Of a stretch of 64,000 nt of DNA, positions 8,192-19,895 are shown piece after piece (the stretch's first letter is position 1; the number at the start of each line of letters is the position of its first letter). The notes below the pieces were generated by a model. It ran no database searches and had not been told where the DNA came from. It was given only the letters and a program-made list of their open reading frames with translations. The translations under genes were made by a program, and so were the position numbers. This DNA is from Anthoceros angustus (lineage: Eukaryota > Plantae > Anthocerotophyta). The stretch lies in NCBI GenBank assembly GCA_010909165.1, contig VJWM01000151.1, positions 496,001 through 560,000 on the forward strand, given 5' to 3'.

Positions 8192-11100
8192 ATGAGCAGC
8201 CCAACGATGGAAGCCAATAAAATGGGCATGGGAGGAACAGGCAAACGAGAGGTTGGGTTGTCTAGGCTGAGCTTGGCAGTCTCGCATAAGCAGAGGCCGC
8301 AACAGCGAAAGCACCCAGAGCCTCTTCGTCGGGCAGTCGCGGACTGCCTGTCAGCTGGACCTCATGCTGCTGCTTCAGTTTTCTCCTCTGAGGCTGTTCG
8401 TACCCTACAGGTAACGTCTATACTCCCGAATGCGTACTTAGATGTAGCTTGGATGGGACTCGTGTGGGGCTTTTAGTCGCAAGATAGGAACTGTCCGTCT
8501 TGTTTGGCATTGTCTGGTTTAACACTGAAGCATTTGCTTGGCAGGATTATCTTGCAACTCCAGGTTCCATGGATTCTGCTTACATGGTTCTCCTTGAGCA
8601 TGCTGTTGCAGAGCGAGATCGTAGGTTTGATTCCCTCGCCATGTTTTCTTCATCGTCTTCTGCTTTCGTGATTACACATTCTGTTGTTGTGGACCTTTTT
8701 GTTGCTCACTGCACATGCCGATCTTTTGCAGTCCTCCTGTTATTCCCAAGTGCGTTGCCCTTCTCAAGAAATATCTCTTCAGGTAGGTTTCTTGTCAGCA
8801 GGTCATTGTCGTATAATTGGATATGCCTCTCGGCTCATTGTGACCTCGGTGAGTGCTCTTCAACGTGTGATGTGCTTTGGTGACAGATACATACCTCATG
8901 ATCCAACGCTTCAGCAGATCGACAATTTCTGTGCAGGACTGATTGCAGAGTTACAATCGAGCAATGGAGAGCAATACCATTCCAGTCCAGTGCTGGAGGC
9001 CTCACTGGACCTTCCACTTGGAAAGATTATGTCTGGCAGTCAAAAATCAACTTTGGCAAATGCAGCTCTTGTAAAGTCTCTGATCTATGTTCGGTCACTT
9101 GTTGCCCGGCATCTCCCTCGGTATTCCTTCCAGCCATCAAAGTACAGGAGCGGTTTTCCAGTCTTGGCAAAACCCCTTTCGCCTGCATTGTCCTCTATTA
9201 GGACCAGATCCTCCTACGGTCCTAACAGGGGTGTCTCAGAAGGTCGTGAAGCAGCAAAGGCTGCAGCGATGACAGCATTGGCATTAGAAGGGACAGATGC
9301 AGGAGAGGATGATTTTTTGGCTGCTGATCTCCTGAAGTGGTGTTGGCTTGGCAGCAAAGGGCAGCAGGCTTGGGCACCCTCTCCAATCATGATGGGCAGG
9401 TACGTGGACCACAAGTTGTGCTCTGATGTTCATGGGTGTGAGGCTTTAGCCTACTTCTTGACAAGTTGCAAACTGAACTGGTTGTGACACTGGTATGGCA
9501 GTGGGGGTATTGCAAGGCCGCAGGTGGAGCGTATGCAAAATCTTACTGAGCAGGGAGCAGCAGCACTTTTTATGCATGGTTATAGAAATGGCGTAACTGG
9601 CCGTGAAGTAGGCCATGGTGAGAAGAAACACCGTAGAGATTTTGATCCCGAACAACACCTAACAAGGTCATCTACTATGACCACAGTTGCTGACACAGTA
9701 GCTGCGAGGTCACATCAGCGTGCAATTGCAGCTGCAAAGAGGGCTAATGGTCACGCCTCCTCTCGGTGGTAGGTTGTACTGCTAACTGCTCTTGCGAAAT
9801 TCGGTTCTCCAAAGCTGGTTATGCATGTAGACTGTATGGAGGTCAGGATCCTCCAGTGCATGTGTCATGGCAGCTGTGCTTGTAAGGCCTGATTGGCTCT
9901 AGGAGCTTCATGATGTCCATGGTATTCAGGGATGGAGAGGCTAGTTCAACCACTCTGCGGGGGCCAGTGAGCACCTTGCGCAGGCGTCCTCGGCCACTTT
10001 TTCAGTATAGATATTACAGGTAGGCTGGGCCTCTGAACCCTCTGTTGCATACCGTGCCTGTATTGACAGGCACAATTGTACCTTTTAATGTGCATGTGTT
10101 TTGCTCTTCTTGTAGCGCCTGACTGCAGATATGGTATGCACTTGGTCAAAAGTGAAGCTGTTTTTTATTGATGTGATTGCCCGTACCTGCTTGAATTGTG
10201 AGATTCTTAGTCTTTAGTCCATTACATGAAAGTTTTCAGAGCTTGGAGTCTGGTAGTCGTAGTCTCTCATGCATTTTGTCTGTGGTGCGTGTATGTGTTT
10301 ATACCAGTGAGCAGCAGCCTCTCCGACTAAGTGAGGCTGAAATGGAAGAAGTGATAACTGCTGTCTGTACTGAGGTGGCTGGCACGACGGGAATTGCTTT
10401 GACAATTGGTCCAGCATTTGCAAACAACCAGGCAGGAAAGCCTGGAGTGGATGCTGCAAATGTCGCAGCAAGTGTTTTGATCAAGCTACTTATCAACATG
10501 TGGGTTGTTGAGGTTGTAGGTTTCAGATTTGGTTCTAGCGCACCTGCTTTGTTGTTTCCATGATGCATGTGCTAAGATAGTGAACCTACAGGTACATGTC
10601 AGACTCTCGAACAGCAGCTCCTCTCACTTTGCTCGTGCTTCAGGTACAACATGCTCATTAGAACTCTGCATCGTATTTTCTGGTTGCACTGTAATTTTGG
10701 TCGTTGTCAAATGCGGATGGTTGTTGCTCTTAGGGCATGCTTGGCTCTTCAGCTGTGGCAGTCCGGATTCGTGCATTTGATCTGGTATTAAATCTGGGAG
10801 TTCATGCTCATTTATTGGAGCCTATGCCAAGTGAAGATATTGCGGTAGCAGGGGACATAGGTTCAACTTTGGGTGGTTCCTCTCTGAAAATTTCAAGAGT
10901 TGACCAGAACGGTTCTATTGAAAGTCCACTCTCAGCTGGAGTTCCAGAAGGAACAACCATCATGAAGGCTGAAGACAGGTCTGGACAAAGAACTCCTGCT
11001 GCTGTGAGACAGTTCGAAACTTGGCTATTAGAGATCCTCTGTGAGATGATGCTTTACCTTCGACAGGTAGGACCAGAATTGAGGGTATAGTATCTTGCCT

Positions 11101-14067
11101 TCTGGATCATGCTCTTTCTTTGCCTGCTGCTCAATCAGAGTTGTTGCACTCAAGCTCAGAATTGTGAACACCTGTTTCAGTCTGAAGAAGTGGAAGAAGG
11201 AGTGTGGGCATCTGCGCTAAGCTGCCTTTTGTACTTGATTTGTGATCGTGGGAGAATTCGACGGGAGCGGTTACAAGGAGTCGATATTAGGGTGAGCACT
11301 TTGCAAACATGACTGTGATTTCTGCTCTGTACCTATGATTTCTTTTTCTAGTTGGTTCAACTGCTGATGTTTATCTTTTATTGAACAGAGTTATTCACAA
11401 GCACAAGGTGTTGACTGGGCTCTTTGGTTATTCATGTGAGGCAGGTATTGAAATCCATGCTAGAAGTTAGCTGGGAGAATGCCTGGGCTGACGAGATTCA
11501 TAGCCGACTTGTTCGAGTTCTGACAAACATGTTGTATAAGCTGCCATCTAAGTCCGAAGCCTCAAGATCCAATCGACCCTCCTTTGATGTGGAGCAGCTA
11601 GACATCTTGGGTGGAATTGAGTTTGTCTGTGTTGAGGTGAATTCCAATTTTCTTCAACTGGTCTAGCAATATGACTGGTTTTCAATGTGTACAGCACCTT
11701 GGTAATTGCGTTGTTGCTGGTTGTGAGTGCTAGACGAAGCCTTTCCTTCTGCATAGTGGTCACACGGTTTTGTTTCTTACACGATGCCTTATTCTGTTTG
11801 GGCGCAGTTTGCAAGGGCAAAGTCACCTGAGGCAAAGCGCAATCTCTTTGCAGTGATTTTTGACTATGTTCTGCATGACCTGAATAACATGGGGAATATG
11901 GTTGGTAAACCAGTTCCAAGTATGGGGGAGATACAGGCTGTTGCAACAGCCCTTGCACTGGCAGAAGCTCCAGAATGCATGGCGCTTGCGTTCAAGCAAG
12001 GACTGCAAGGAATAGGAGTCAGCCTGGCAAAATCAATTGAGACTGCAATGTCACGGGACATTACTAGCAACCGCCTCAATGGCATGGTATGATGGAACCT
12101 GTGGCTGCAGGAAGCAGGACACATCGCTGTTTACTTGGATGGGCGTGAAGTGTTCATTGCTATGCTTTGAAGCTGGAATTCTTGCTAATATCTAGGGTCT
12201 GTGTCATGCTTGGCAGTTGCTGGGCGACGTTGTCGGGTCACTCGATGTGCTAGCAGCCACATATGCTCGTTTGGATGCTGAGTTTCTTGAACAAGTGCCT
12301 GCTACAATGGTAGCCGAAGGGCTCAACTTGGCTGCAGGTGGCTCCCTTGGGATTAATAACGATTTTGATTTGGCCGTATTGTCCAAGGCATGGGCAACTT
12401 TGCACACTCTTCTCCACTCTCCACAGTCATCATATCGTCATAATGGCTATTCTTGGTTGCTGGAGCTTCTGCTAGCAGAAATGGCCAAAGGAGGAGTTAA
12501 GCAACCAAGTAAGCTCAACACTTACGTCTTGTTGCGTCAGCTGGAAAGAAGCTCTCCGACTATCTCTCCAGCTGTGCGTCTTCTCTGTGGCCTGTTAAAA
12601 TCGAAGGAGCCACATATTCGCAGAGGTTTTATCATTATTTTTGAAAGACTTCTGCTGCAGTGTCAGAAGCCAGGTTGGGACATCGAAGTAGTCACGTCTA
12701 GCACTGCTGAAGGAGAGAGTGGGCAGGATGTTGGGAGGAATGCCAGAGCGCAGGAGCAGGCAGTTGCTTTGCAAGGCCTTATTATTGGTGCTCTTTGGCA
12801 AGTGATCTCAGCAAGAGAAAAGGATTGCACCAATATTTTGCAGGTAGACGGCACTAATGATCAGAGTTGCTGGTGCATTTGATTTTGACCTACTTGTGAC
12901 CAGTTCATGTTGTCCAGCGCGAGCAGGGAAGGACATCTGTTATTTGATTTTCGACTTGCATGGTTTTGCATGGGTGCATATGTTTGTGAAGCACTGAATG
13001 ACGCTAGGTGTTGTGGTTGTAGATGTGCAACATGATGTTCTCTCAACTTTGTGTAATATGGCCACCACCATCGAGTTCACGTCGCGGAAGTTTCAGTGGG
13101 CAGCCATCCTTCTATGTTTCAACCTTGTTGGCTGACCCTAAGCAAGAAGTCTTTTTCTCAACTTTGAGTGAGAAAGAGCAGCGACTAGGTGGGAGTGGTA
13201 GACGGGATGACTTGGGTGGTGCAGCGAAGAGTGGTACAAGCGGCAGTGGAACAAGTTCCTGGGCGTCAATGCTCCTTAGTGGACAAGCTGCTGTTCCTAA
13301 GCTCTTGCTGGCGAACATGCCTACACCACTCCTGTATTGGCCACTTACTGAGCTGCCTGAAGCAGCACCTGAGGATATAGCGCTTGGGGTGGCTGTTGGA
13401 AGCAGGGGAGGAGGAAGTGTTCCAGGTGGTGCCAGTGATGTGAGGGCTGCCTTGCTCTTGTTGCTGATTGGTAAATGTACAGCATATCCAGCTGCATTGG
13501 ATGAAGTTGGCGGTGAAAAGTTTTTCAGGTGGGAGAAGGTTTAGTGGTTGTGTTGTTTGCAAAAGGTCTTGTGTTGCATCTTTTATAGCTTCAGCATATA
13601 ACGACGCCATTATGACTACAAATTAACTTTCATATGCTGGCAATTACCAGGTCATTGCTGGATGATGCAGATGCCCGTATAGCTTACTACAGTTCCGCGT
13701 TTCTTCTGAAGGTGAGATGGGTGTGATGTTTTTTGAGCCGAAGTGTATGATACGGTAGCAGAGTTTATACCAACCTTCCTGTGGGTTGTATTGTGTTTGG
13801 GCTGTTTATTCAGAGAATGATGAGTGAAGATCCGGAGAAGTATCAGCGCATGCTGCACAATCTCGTCTACAAAGCTCAGCAGGTAGGCCAGGGCAACTGC
13901 TGCAGTCTTTGGATGTACTAACGGTATTGCTTCCTGATTGTTGGTATTGAGGAGAGGCTAATGAGTGTGTTCACCTGGATGCTCAGAGCAACAACGAAAA
14001 GCTGCTGGAGAATCCGTATTTGCAATTGCGTGGTATCTTCCAGGAAATTAGAAGCCAGCAACTATGA
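8192..14067 (+). CDS. Multi-exon conserved plant protein, orthologous to Arabidopsis AT3G12590 (large, uncharacterised)
   Basis: Exons encode HPEPLRRAVADCLS, LLEHAVAERDR, SEQQPLRLSEAEMEEVITAVC, AFDLVLNLGVHAHLLEP, VWASALSCLLYLICDRG, AWATLHTLLHS, LLLLLIGKCTA, and end SNNEKLLENPYLQLRGIFQEIRSQQL* (TGA 14065-14067). GT-AG introns; the start codon could be 8192, 8207 or 8222. Confidence 0.85.
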
Positions 14068-15255
14068 TGTCTCAAGATCACCAAAATGGAAGGATAGAAA
14101 GGTGGAATAATACATTTTTGTACATACATCCTGTATGTTTTAGGCCACCCCAACTGCCTCGTCACACGATCTGTGTTAGAAGAAAAATGCAACACTTGGT
14201 ATGGTGCACAGCATCTGTCTGGACAGGCTAGACATGTTCTACGCGGCGTAACAGATTACACCCACCCCGCCATTCGTGTGAAACTCAGTTACAGCATGCT
14301 CGCGTTAGAAGTGAGATGCGATCTACATGGACTGGCTGCTCCCACGCAAAAAAAGAACTTCGCTAGACTGAAGTCTTGCTCGCCATTGTAAGGGAGACGA
14401 GCTCCATTCTGAGACACTCACCCTAAGAGAAATCACATTATCTCCTCCTGCCCCTCCAGTCCCTACACTATGACATTCAGCTCCCTGTGCTTCTTGGAAC
14501 CCCTTTTGGATCTCTTGAATGAGTCGTTCAATACTCAACTCTTCCTCTTTGCTGCTCTCAAGTGGCAGATACATGGAGTTCAAATAACTGTATGACCAAC
14601 ACAACAGCTGCAATGTTTTCCAATCCTATGAGGTAACGCTTCCCTTCCTCAGCGGCCAAAGGAGGCCATCTTCATCAGTCAGTGTTGATCTGCACAGTAA
14701 CAAGTACAGTGCAACCAATCAGCTAGCCGCCAGTCCCAGGACACGCAGACGTCCAGCAAACATGCAGCCGACGATCGAGCAGTTATATTCCGCATGCATG
14801 TACCCTGACAGATCCCACTGGACGTGAATTCCCTGGCAAGGCTGCACAGCCAGGACCCGGCCTAGGGGCCCGATAAGGCATCCCTCGGACAAAGTGCCTC
14901 TGGTGCTGCGAAAGTATAATGTATTCGAAACATTCCCTGCAGTCTACAGTCGCCATTTCCACAGATCTCACCAAGATATCAACACACTTTGCAGAAAAAT
15001 GCAGTTGCTGTAAAAGAGATGGAAGATTCCATCCCTTGAAACCCGTGCAAGCTTGGAGAGCGATATCGGATGCTATCCAATTGAAAGATGTGCTGTCCAT
15101 CAAACCTCCACCTGGATACCCGGACACTATCCAATTCAGACATGTGCTGACCATCAACCCCTCTCCGGCTGGCAATCAGATTCTAACAAGCATGGCATAG
15201 GCAGCACCTCTCCAAAACCCCTCTCCATTCGCAGAATTAACTCATCAAACTCCCA

Positions 15256-17015
15256 ATGGCTTCGCCGCCACAGCTCCCCCTGCTCCTCCTCCTCCTGCTG
15301 GCCATGCAATGGCACGCAGTATCCGCCTCCAGGTCACAGATCGAGTGCAAAGCCGAGGGCTCCTGCACCGTCTCCTCCTGGTTGGGCCCCTGGGGCGACA
15401 GCGCGGAGTGCAGCTTCGCCAAGGCCGTGTTCCCTACCACGGAACCCGAGCTGATCCAGGCCGTGGCGGACGCGGTCCGGGAGAAGCGCAAGGTGAAGGT
15501 GGCGAGCGGTAGCCTCCACTCCACCCCGAAGCTGGTGTGCCCGGGAAGCTCCTCCGGCGTCCTCATCTCCACGCAGCACTACGACGCCTCCTTCAAGATC
15601 GACGCCGCCGCCAAGACGGTCACCCTGGGCGCAGGCCTCCGGCTCAACGTCCTCCTGGACGCCCTGGCCGCGGCCGGGCTGGGCCTCCCCAACGTCCCAG
15701 CATGGTCGACCCTCTCGGTGGTCGGCGCCATCTCCACGGGCGCCCACGGGTCTTCCCTGTGGCCGGACTCAGGCCCGCTCCACGACCGTGTCCTGGCCCT
15801 CCGCATTGTGGTACCGGCCCCGCCGACCGCGGCTACGCCCGGTCGGTCGCCATCACGGACTCCCCCGCGCTGGACGCCGCCCGGCTCTCCCTCGGTGTGC
15901 TGGGAGCTATCTCCCAGATCACCCTCCGGGTGGAAGACGTCTCGAAACGCGAACTCGCATTCGAACGCGTCTCAGACGAGGACATCGCCGCCCGCATCGT
16001 CTCTCTCCCTCGCGAGGCCGAGTTCGGCGAAATCCGCTGGTTCCCGTCGCAGCGCCAGGCGATCTACCGGCTCGAGTCCCGGGTCCCGATCTCCACTCCC
16101 GGGAACGCGACGCTGCACTCGCTCGCGATGGCAGCAGGTCCGTCGGACACCGGCGCGTTCAGCCTCTTCCCGATGTCGCCGTCCGCGATCCAGGCCGGGC
16201 GGCGGGCGCAGGAGGCGGCAGAGGAAGCCCGAGACAGAGCCACGCTCTGCAAGCAGGCCGACGCCATCGTCGACTCGCTCGCCCCGGCTGGGCTCGGCGA
16301 CAAGGTGGTGGGGTTCTCCCACGGCTTCCAGGCGACGGATTCGTGCAGGAAGGCGGGTCCCGGGACGGGGCATGTCTGTCACTGGGACGACGAGGCCACG
16401 CTCATGCACGAGACGTCCATCGCCGTGCCGGTTTCCCGGATCGCCGACTTCATCGCCGACGTGGAGAAGCTGCGGGAGCTGCGGCCGGGCGGGCTGTGCG
16501 GGCTCGGGTTCTACTACGGCTTTCTGCTCCGCTACGTGAAGGGGGCGTCGAAGGCGCTGCTGGGCGAGACGGAGGACGCGGTGGACGTGAACGCCATGTT
16601 CCTGCGGTCGCGTCGCCCGTGGCAGCCGCGGCTGGACGAGGATGTGTTGGAGGAGATCGAGCAGATCGCGCTGGTGAAATATGGCGGGAAGGCGCACTGG
16701 GGGAAGTCGAATCGCGCCGTCTCCTTCATGGGCGCCGCGGCCAAATTCGGGCGGCGTTTGCAGGAGTTTGTGGAGGTGAAGGAGCGGCTGGACCCGGACG
16801 GCGTCTTCTCCAGTCCGTGGTCGGACGCCGTGCTCGGGCTTGACGAATCGGGGCTGCAGCAGTTTCATGCCTTTTGCGCCCTGGAAGGACTGTGCATTTG
16901 CCGAGAGCACTCGCACTGCGCGCCGGACGCGGGCTACTTCTGCCTCCCCGGCCTCGTGTATCCCCAGGCCCGGGTCTGCAGACTCGAAACACCGGGTCTC
17001 AAAGAAGAGCTTTAG
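15256..17015 (+). CDS. GULLO: L-gulonolactone oxidase-like FAD oxidase (plant GULLO family), intronless, with one apparent frameshift near 15822
   Basis: Signal peptide, then C..SSWLGPWGD...HSTPKLVCPG...GAISTGAHGSSLW in ORF 15256. The remainder (AARLSLGVLGAISQITL...HWGKS...KERLDPDGVFSSPWSD...GLKEEL*) is in ORF 15537-17015. A 1-nt deletion at CCG-(G)CC-GAC joins the two. Confidence 0.85.
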
Positions 17016-18438
17016 ATGGCTCCCATAGGCCGCTGCTTGGGGCTTTAGATGGCTCCCATGCGTGTCCCCCGTTTCCAAATTGAAACGGGTGCCACTTTCG
17101 CTAATAAACTGTAGTCAATGATGTAGGTAGCAATAAGATTAATGCGTGGGATGATAATATGGAGCGTGTGTGCCGGCAACCCAGCGGCCCAATATGGGGT
17201 AATTGTTTCTCTCAACTCTTCATGTTTCAACTTCACATACCTTGTGCGTGTCGGTTCTTGCATTCCTTGTTTTCGCGTGCAAACAGCACAGGCAGGTGAA
17301 GATGGAAATCATGAAAGATACTCTTGTCGGCTGCCTAATATTTTTTTCTTTCTGGAGAATTTGGATTATTTCAGGCAGCCACAAAAGGCTTAAAGAACCA
17401 TACAACATCAGCCTTGTTTTGCGAGCGAGACAGCATAGATCATATTTCAAACGATACAGAAGAGCTTTAAAATAGAAGGCCACCAAGTGCCAAAGTAATT
17501 AGGAGGTGGGAGGTATCCATCCTAGTAGTGACGTAACCAAAGGGTTGCTAAACCACAGAGTTCTAATGAACTCATGGCTACCATGTCATTCCTCAAGGGA
17601 GAAAAAAAGAATTTTCAATACTTGCTCAATTTTTAGGAATGTTTGAGCGTGGACTTGAATTGATAAATTCTAGTGTCTGTGCGACTATTGTTACAACCAA
17701 CTACATCACCTAGACCACCTTGTCGGCCACCCAAAACTAGATGAGCTAAGGCTTGCCGAAGGCCTTATGCGATTCTTTTTTTTATTTTCTGATAAGTAAT
17801 TTCACAAAAAAATATTTTTAGTTAATCTTTTGTGCTCATTTTTATTTGAGTAATTTATAGTTGTTGAAAAAAAAAACAATTATCTGTGTTGTTGAACTGC
17901 AATATCTATTATGAAGTCTCCACGTCCTACTCTGTATATATATATATATTTTTGTTAATTAATTTATAAATTAAGGTTATTTTGAATTTTTTGTTTCTCA
18001 CCATGTAGTTGTGTGTAGTTATGTGAAATTTTATGTGCTCATGCCTTCTCTTCTACATTATGCACTAGTGTTTAATTTTAATCTATAATTCAATAAATCA
18101 TCCTTCATTACTTCTCTTATGAGAATCTGGATACCCTAAATGCATTACAACATGGAGGATTATGCATACAACGCATAGAGGATGATGCAAGTAATCGGAA
18201 GCTAGTTCATACCTGTGAGTAGACTTATAGAAGCAAATAGAATACGAAGGGAAAAAAAATAAACACTTTCTTGTTCCATAAATGCACAGGCGTTTGGGAT
18301 AGCAGAAATTATTTTAATATAACTTAAAAATAGTATATATGCCTCAAGATTGTATGAATAATGCTTCTATTTCTACAAAAATAACCTAATAATGTCACAT
18401 ACATACACATAAGAATATGTTCACCCAATACAAAAAAG

Positions 18439-19359
18439 TCACCATTCAAGATTCCATGTCTTTTCAGCCACTAATTTTGGAGCATCCTTTTCAACAAGAT
18501 TCATGGTGGCACTAATCTGTAAAATAAAGGGATTAAAAAAAGGGTTCTTGCATATACTTTTAACAAGACATATGACTTATAACCTTATTAAAAAAATGGA
18601 CATGAGTATTCTCACTTTGAAAGGTCCTGTGTCGCTTAGATGCTTACACCACTCAAGCCCTGCAGTATGCTTATAAGCATCATACGTAGCTCTGATAGTG
18701 TCATCTGCAGTGAACTTTTGTGACATCGCAAAATTCCATGAATTTGTATCAAAGTTGAAAGATGGTTCTATTCTTGTGTTCGATGTAGAGCCATGGATAT
18801 ATGCATATTTCAACTCTCCCTTTTCAGAAGAAAAGTTATAGGATCCAATTAACTCATTTTTAGGGTTGATTGCAAAACATGATTGCAAAACTGTTGTATT
18901 TTCTTTTTGTGGATGACTATATACCAACTTCACGTCTTTGCCACCTAACTTAGCTGATCCCATGAATTGGAATTTTGCAGCCTAAGGAAATTTGAATCAT
19001 CCATTTCATTGTCTTACAATGTATTTTATTTATCAATCTGTAGTGTCTATTTTACCACAGAATAAGGAATACTATGCACAAATTGAGGAGATTCATGTTC
19101 TAATGGAGATCAAAATTCATTCATTGGATATATTTGCTGAAATAAATCTTGAACTTACTTCAGTTGTATAATCATACTCTAAAGAAAATAAGTTGGGCTT
19201 TTCCACTCCAATAGCAACCCCAGTTAGACTTGGCCCATTCACAAATGTTATATCATTACAAGCAGCTTTTACTAATAAATCTCCAACCCCAATACTGATA
19301 GTTGCTACAGCTAGATGATCTCCCGAATCATACTTAGCTTTCACTGATGTCTTTGGCAT
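18439..19359 (-). CDS. OEP24: Chloroplast outer envelope pore protein 24 (3 exons)
   Basis: MPKTSVKAKYDSGD..GPSLTGVAIGVEKP / ..IEPSFNFDTNSWNFAMSQK..IRATY...GLEW..GPFK / ISATMNLVEKDAPKLVAEKTWNLEW*. The exon pattern and C-terminus match OEP24. Confidence 0.85.
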
Positions 19360-19895
19360 TGCTTATGATTTGTACATACAAGCCGAGTGACTTTGAAACT
19401 CACGCTTGTAATTGAATTTGCCAGAATTTATCTCAAAACTGTGCGTCTTCGCTTACGTTTGGACTCTTAAGAATAAACTGAGAAAACGTCAGTGATGGGC
19501 TTGACGGAAGCGCATGTTTCCATCCTCGTGCTCGCTTTGTTCACGTTTTGGGTACAGCTCAAGATGCCGATTTCCTTGACGTTGGAGCTTGGTTGGCTGG
19601 CTGATCGGACAAGTGTTTTGTCCCAGTCACAGACAACTGCACAAGGAGGAGAGGTGGGTTTGGTTGGGGTGTCCGTGACAGGTTTGCAGCTGAGTGGCTT
19701 GCGTCATTCTCTGTTCAACAATTGGAGCCAAGACCGCAGCAGGCATTGTGAAGGGCAGCAGCATCCAGGCTTCTTCTCCCTTGTATTAATGGGTAGGGCT
19801 CGGCAGCTCCTCATAGAACCAGGCGGATAAGTACTCACGGCCTTGTAGGGAGGCCTTAGGTTTAGCTGTGCATAGTTTGGCCCTTTTTGCATACC

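Noticed and set aside
15309-17078. Long overlapping alternative-frame and antisense ORFs (e.g. 15788-16843 +, 15972-17078 -)
   Set aside because: Expected shadow ORFs of a very GC-rich coding sequence; no recognisable motifs.
17522-17530. CTAGTAGTG as a partner CACTA terminus
   Set aside because: Same orientation as the 5812 end and no subterminal repeats; probably chance.
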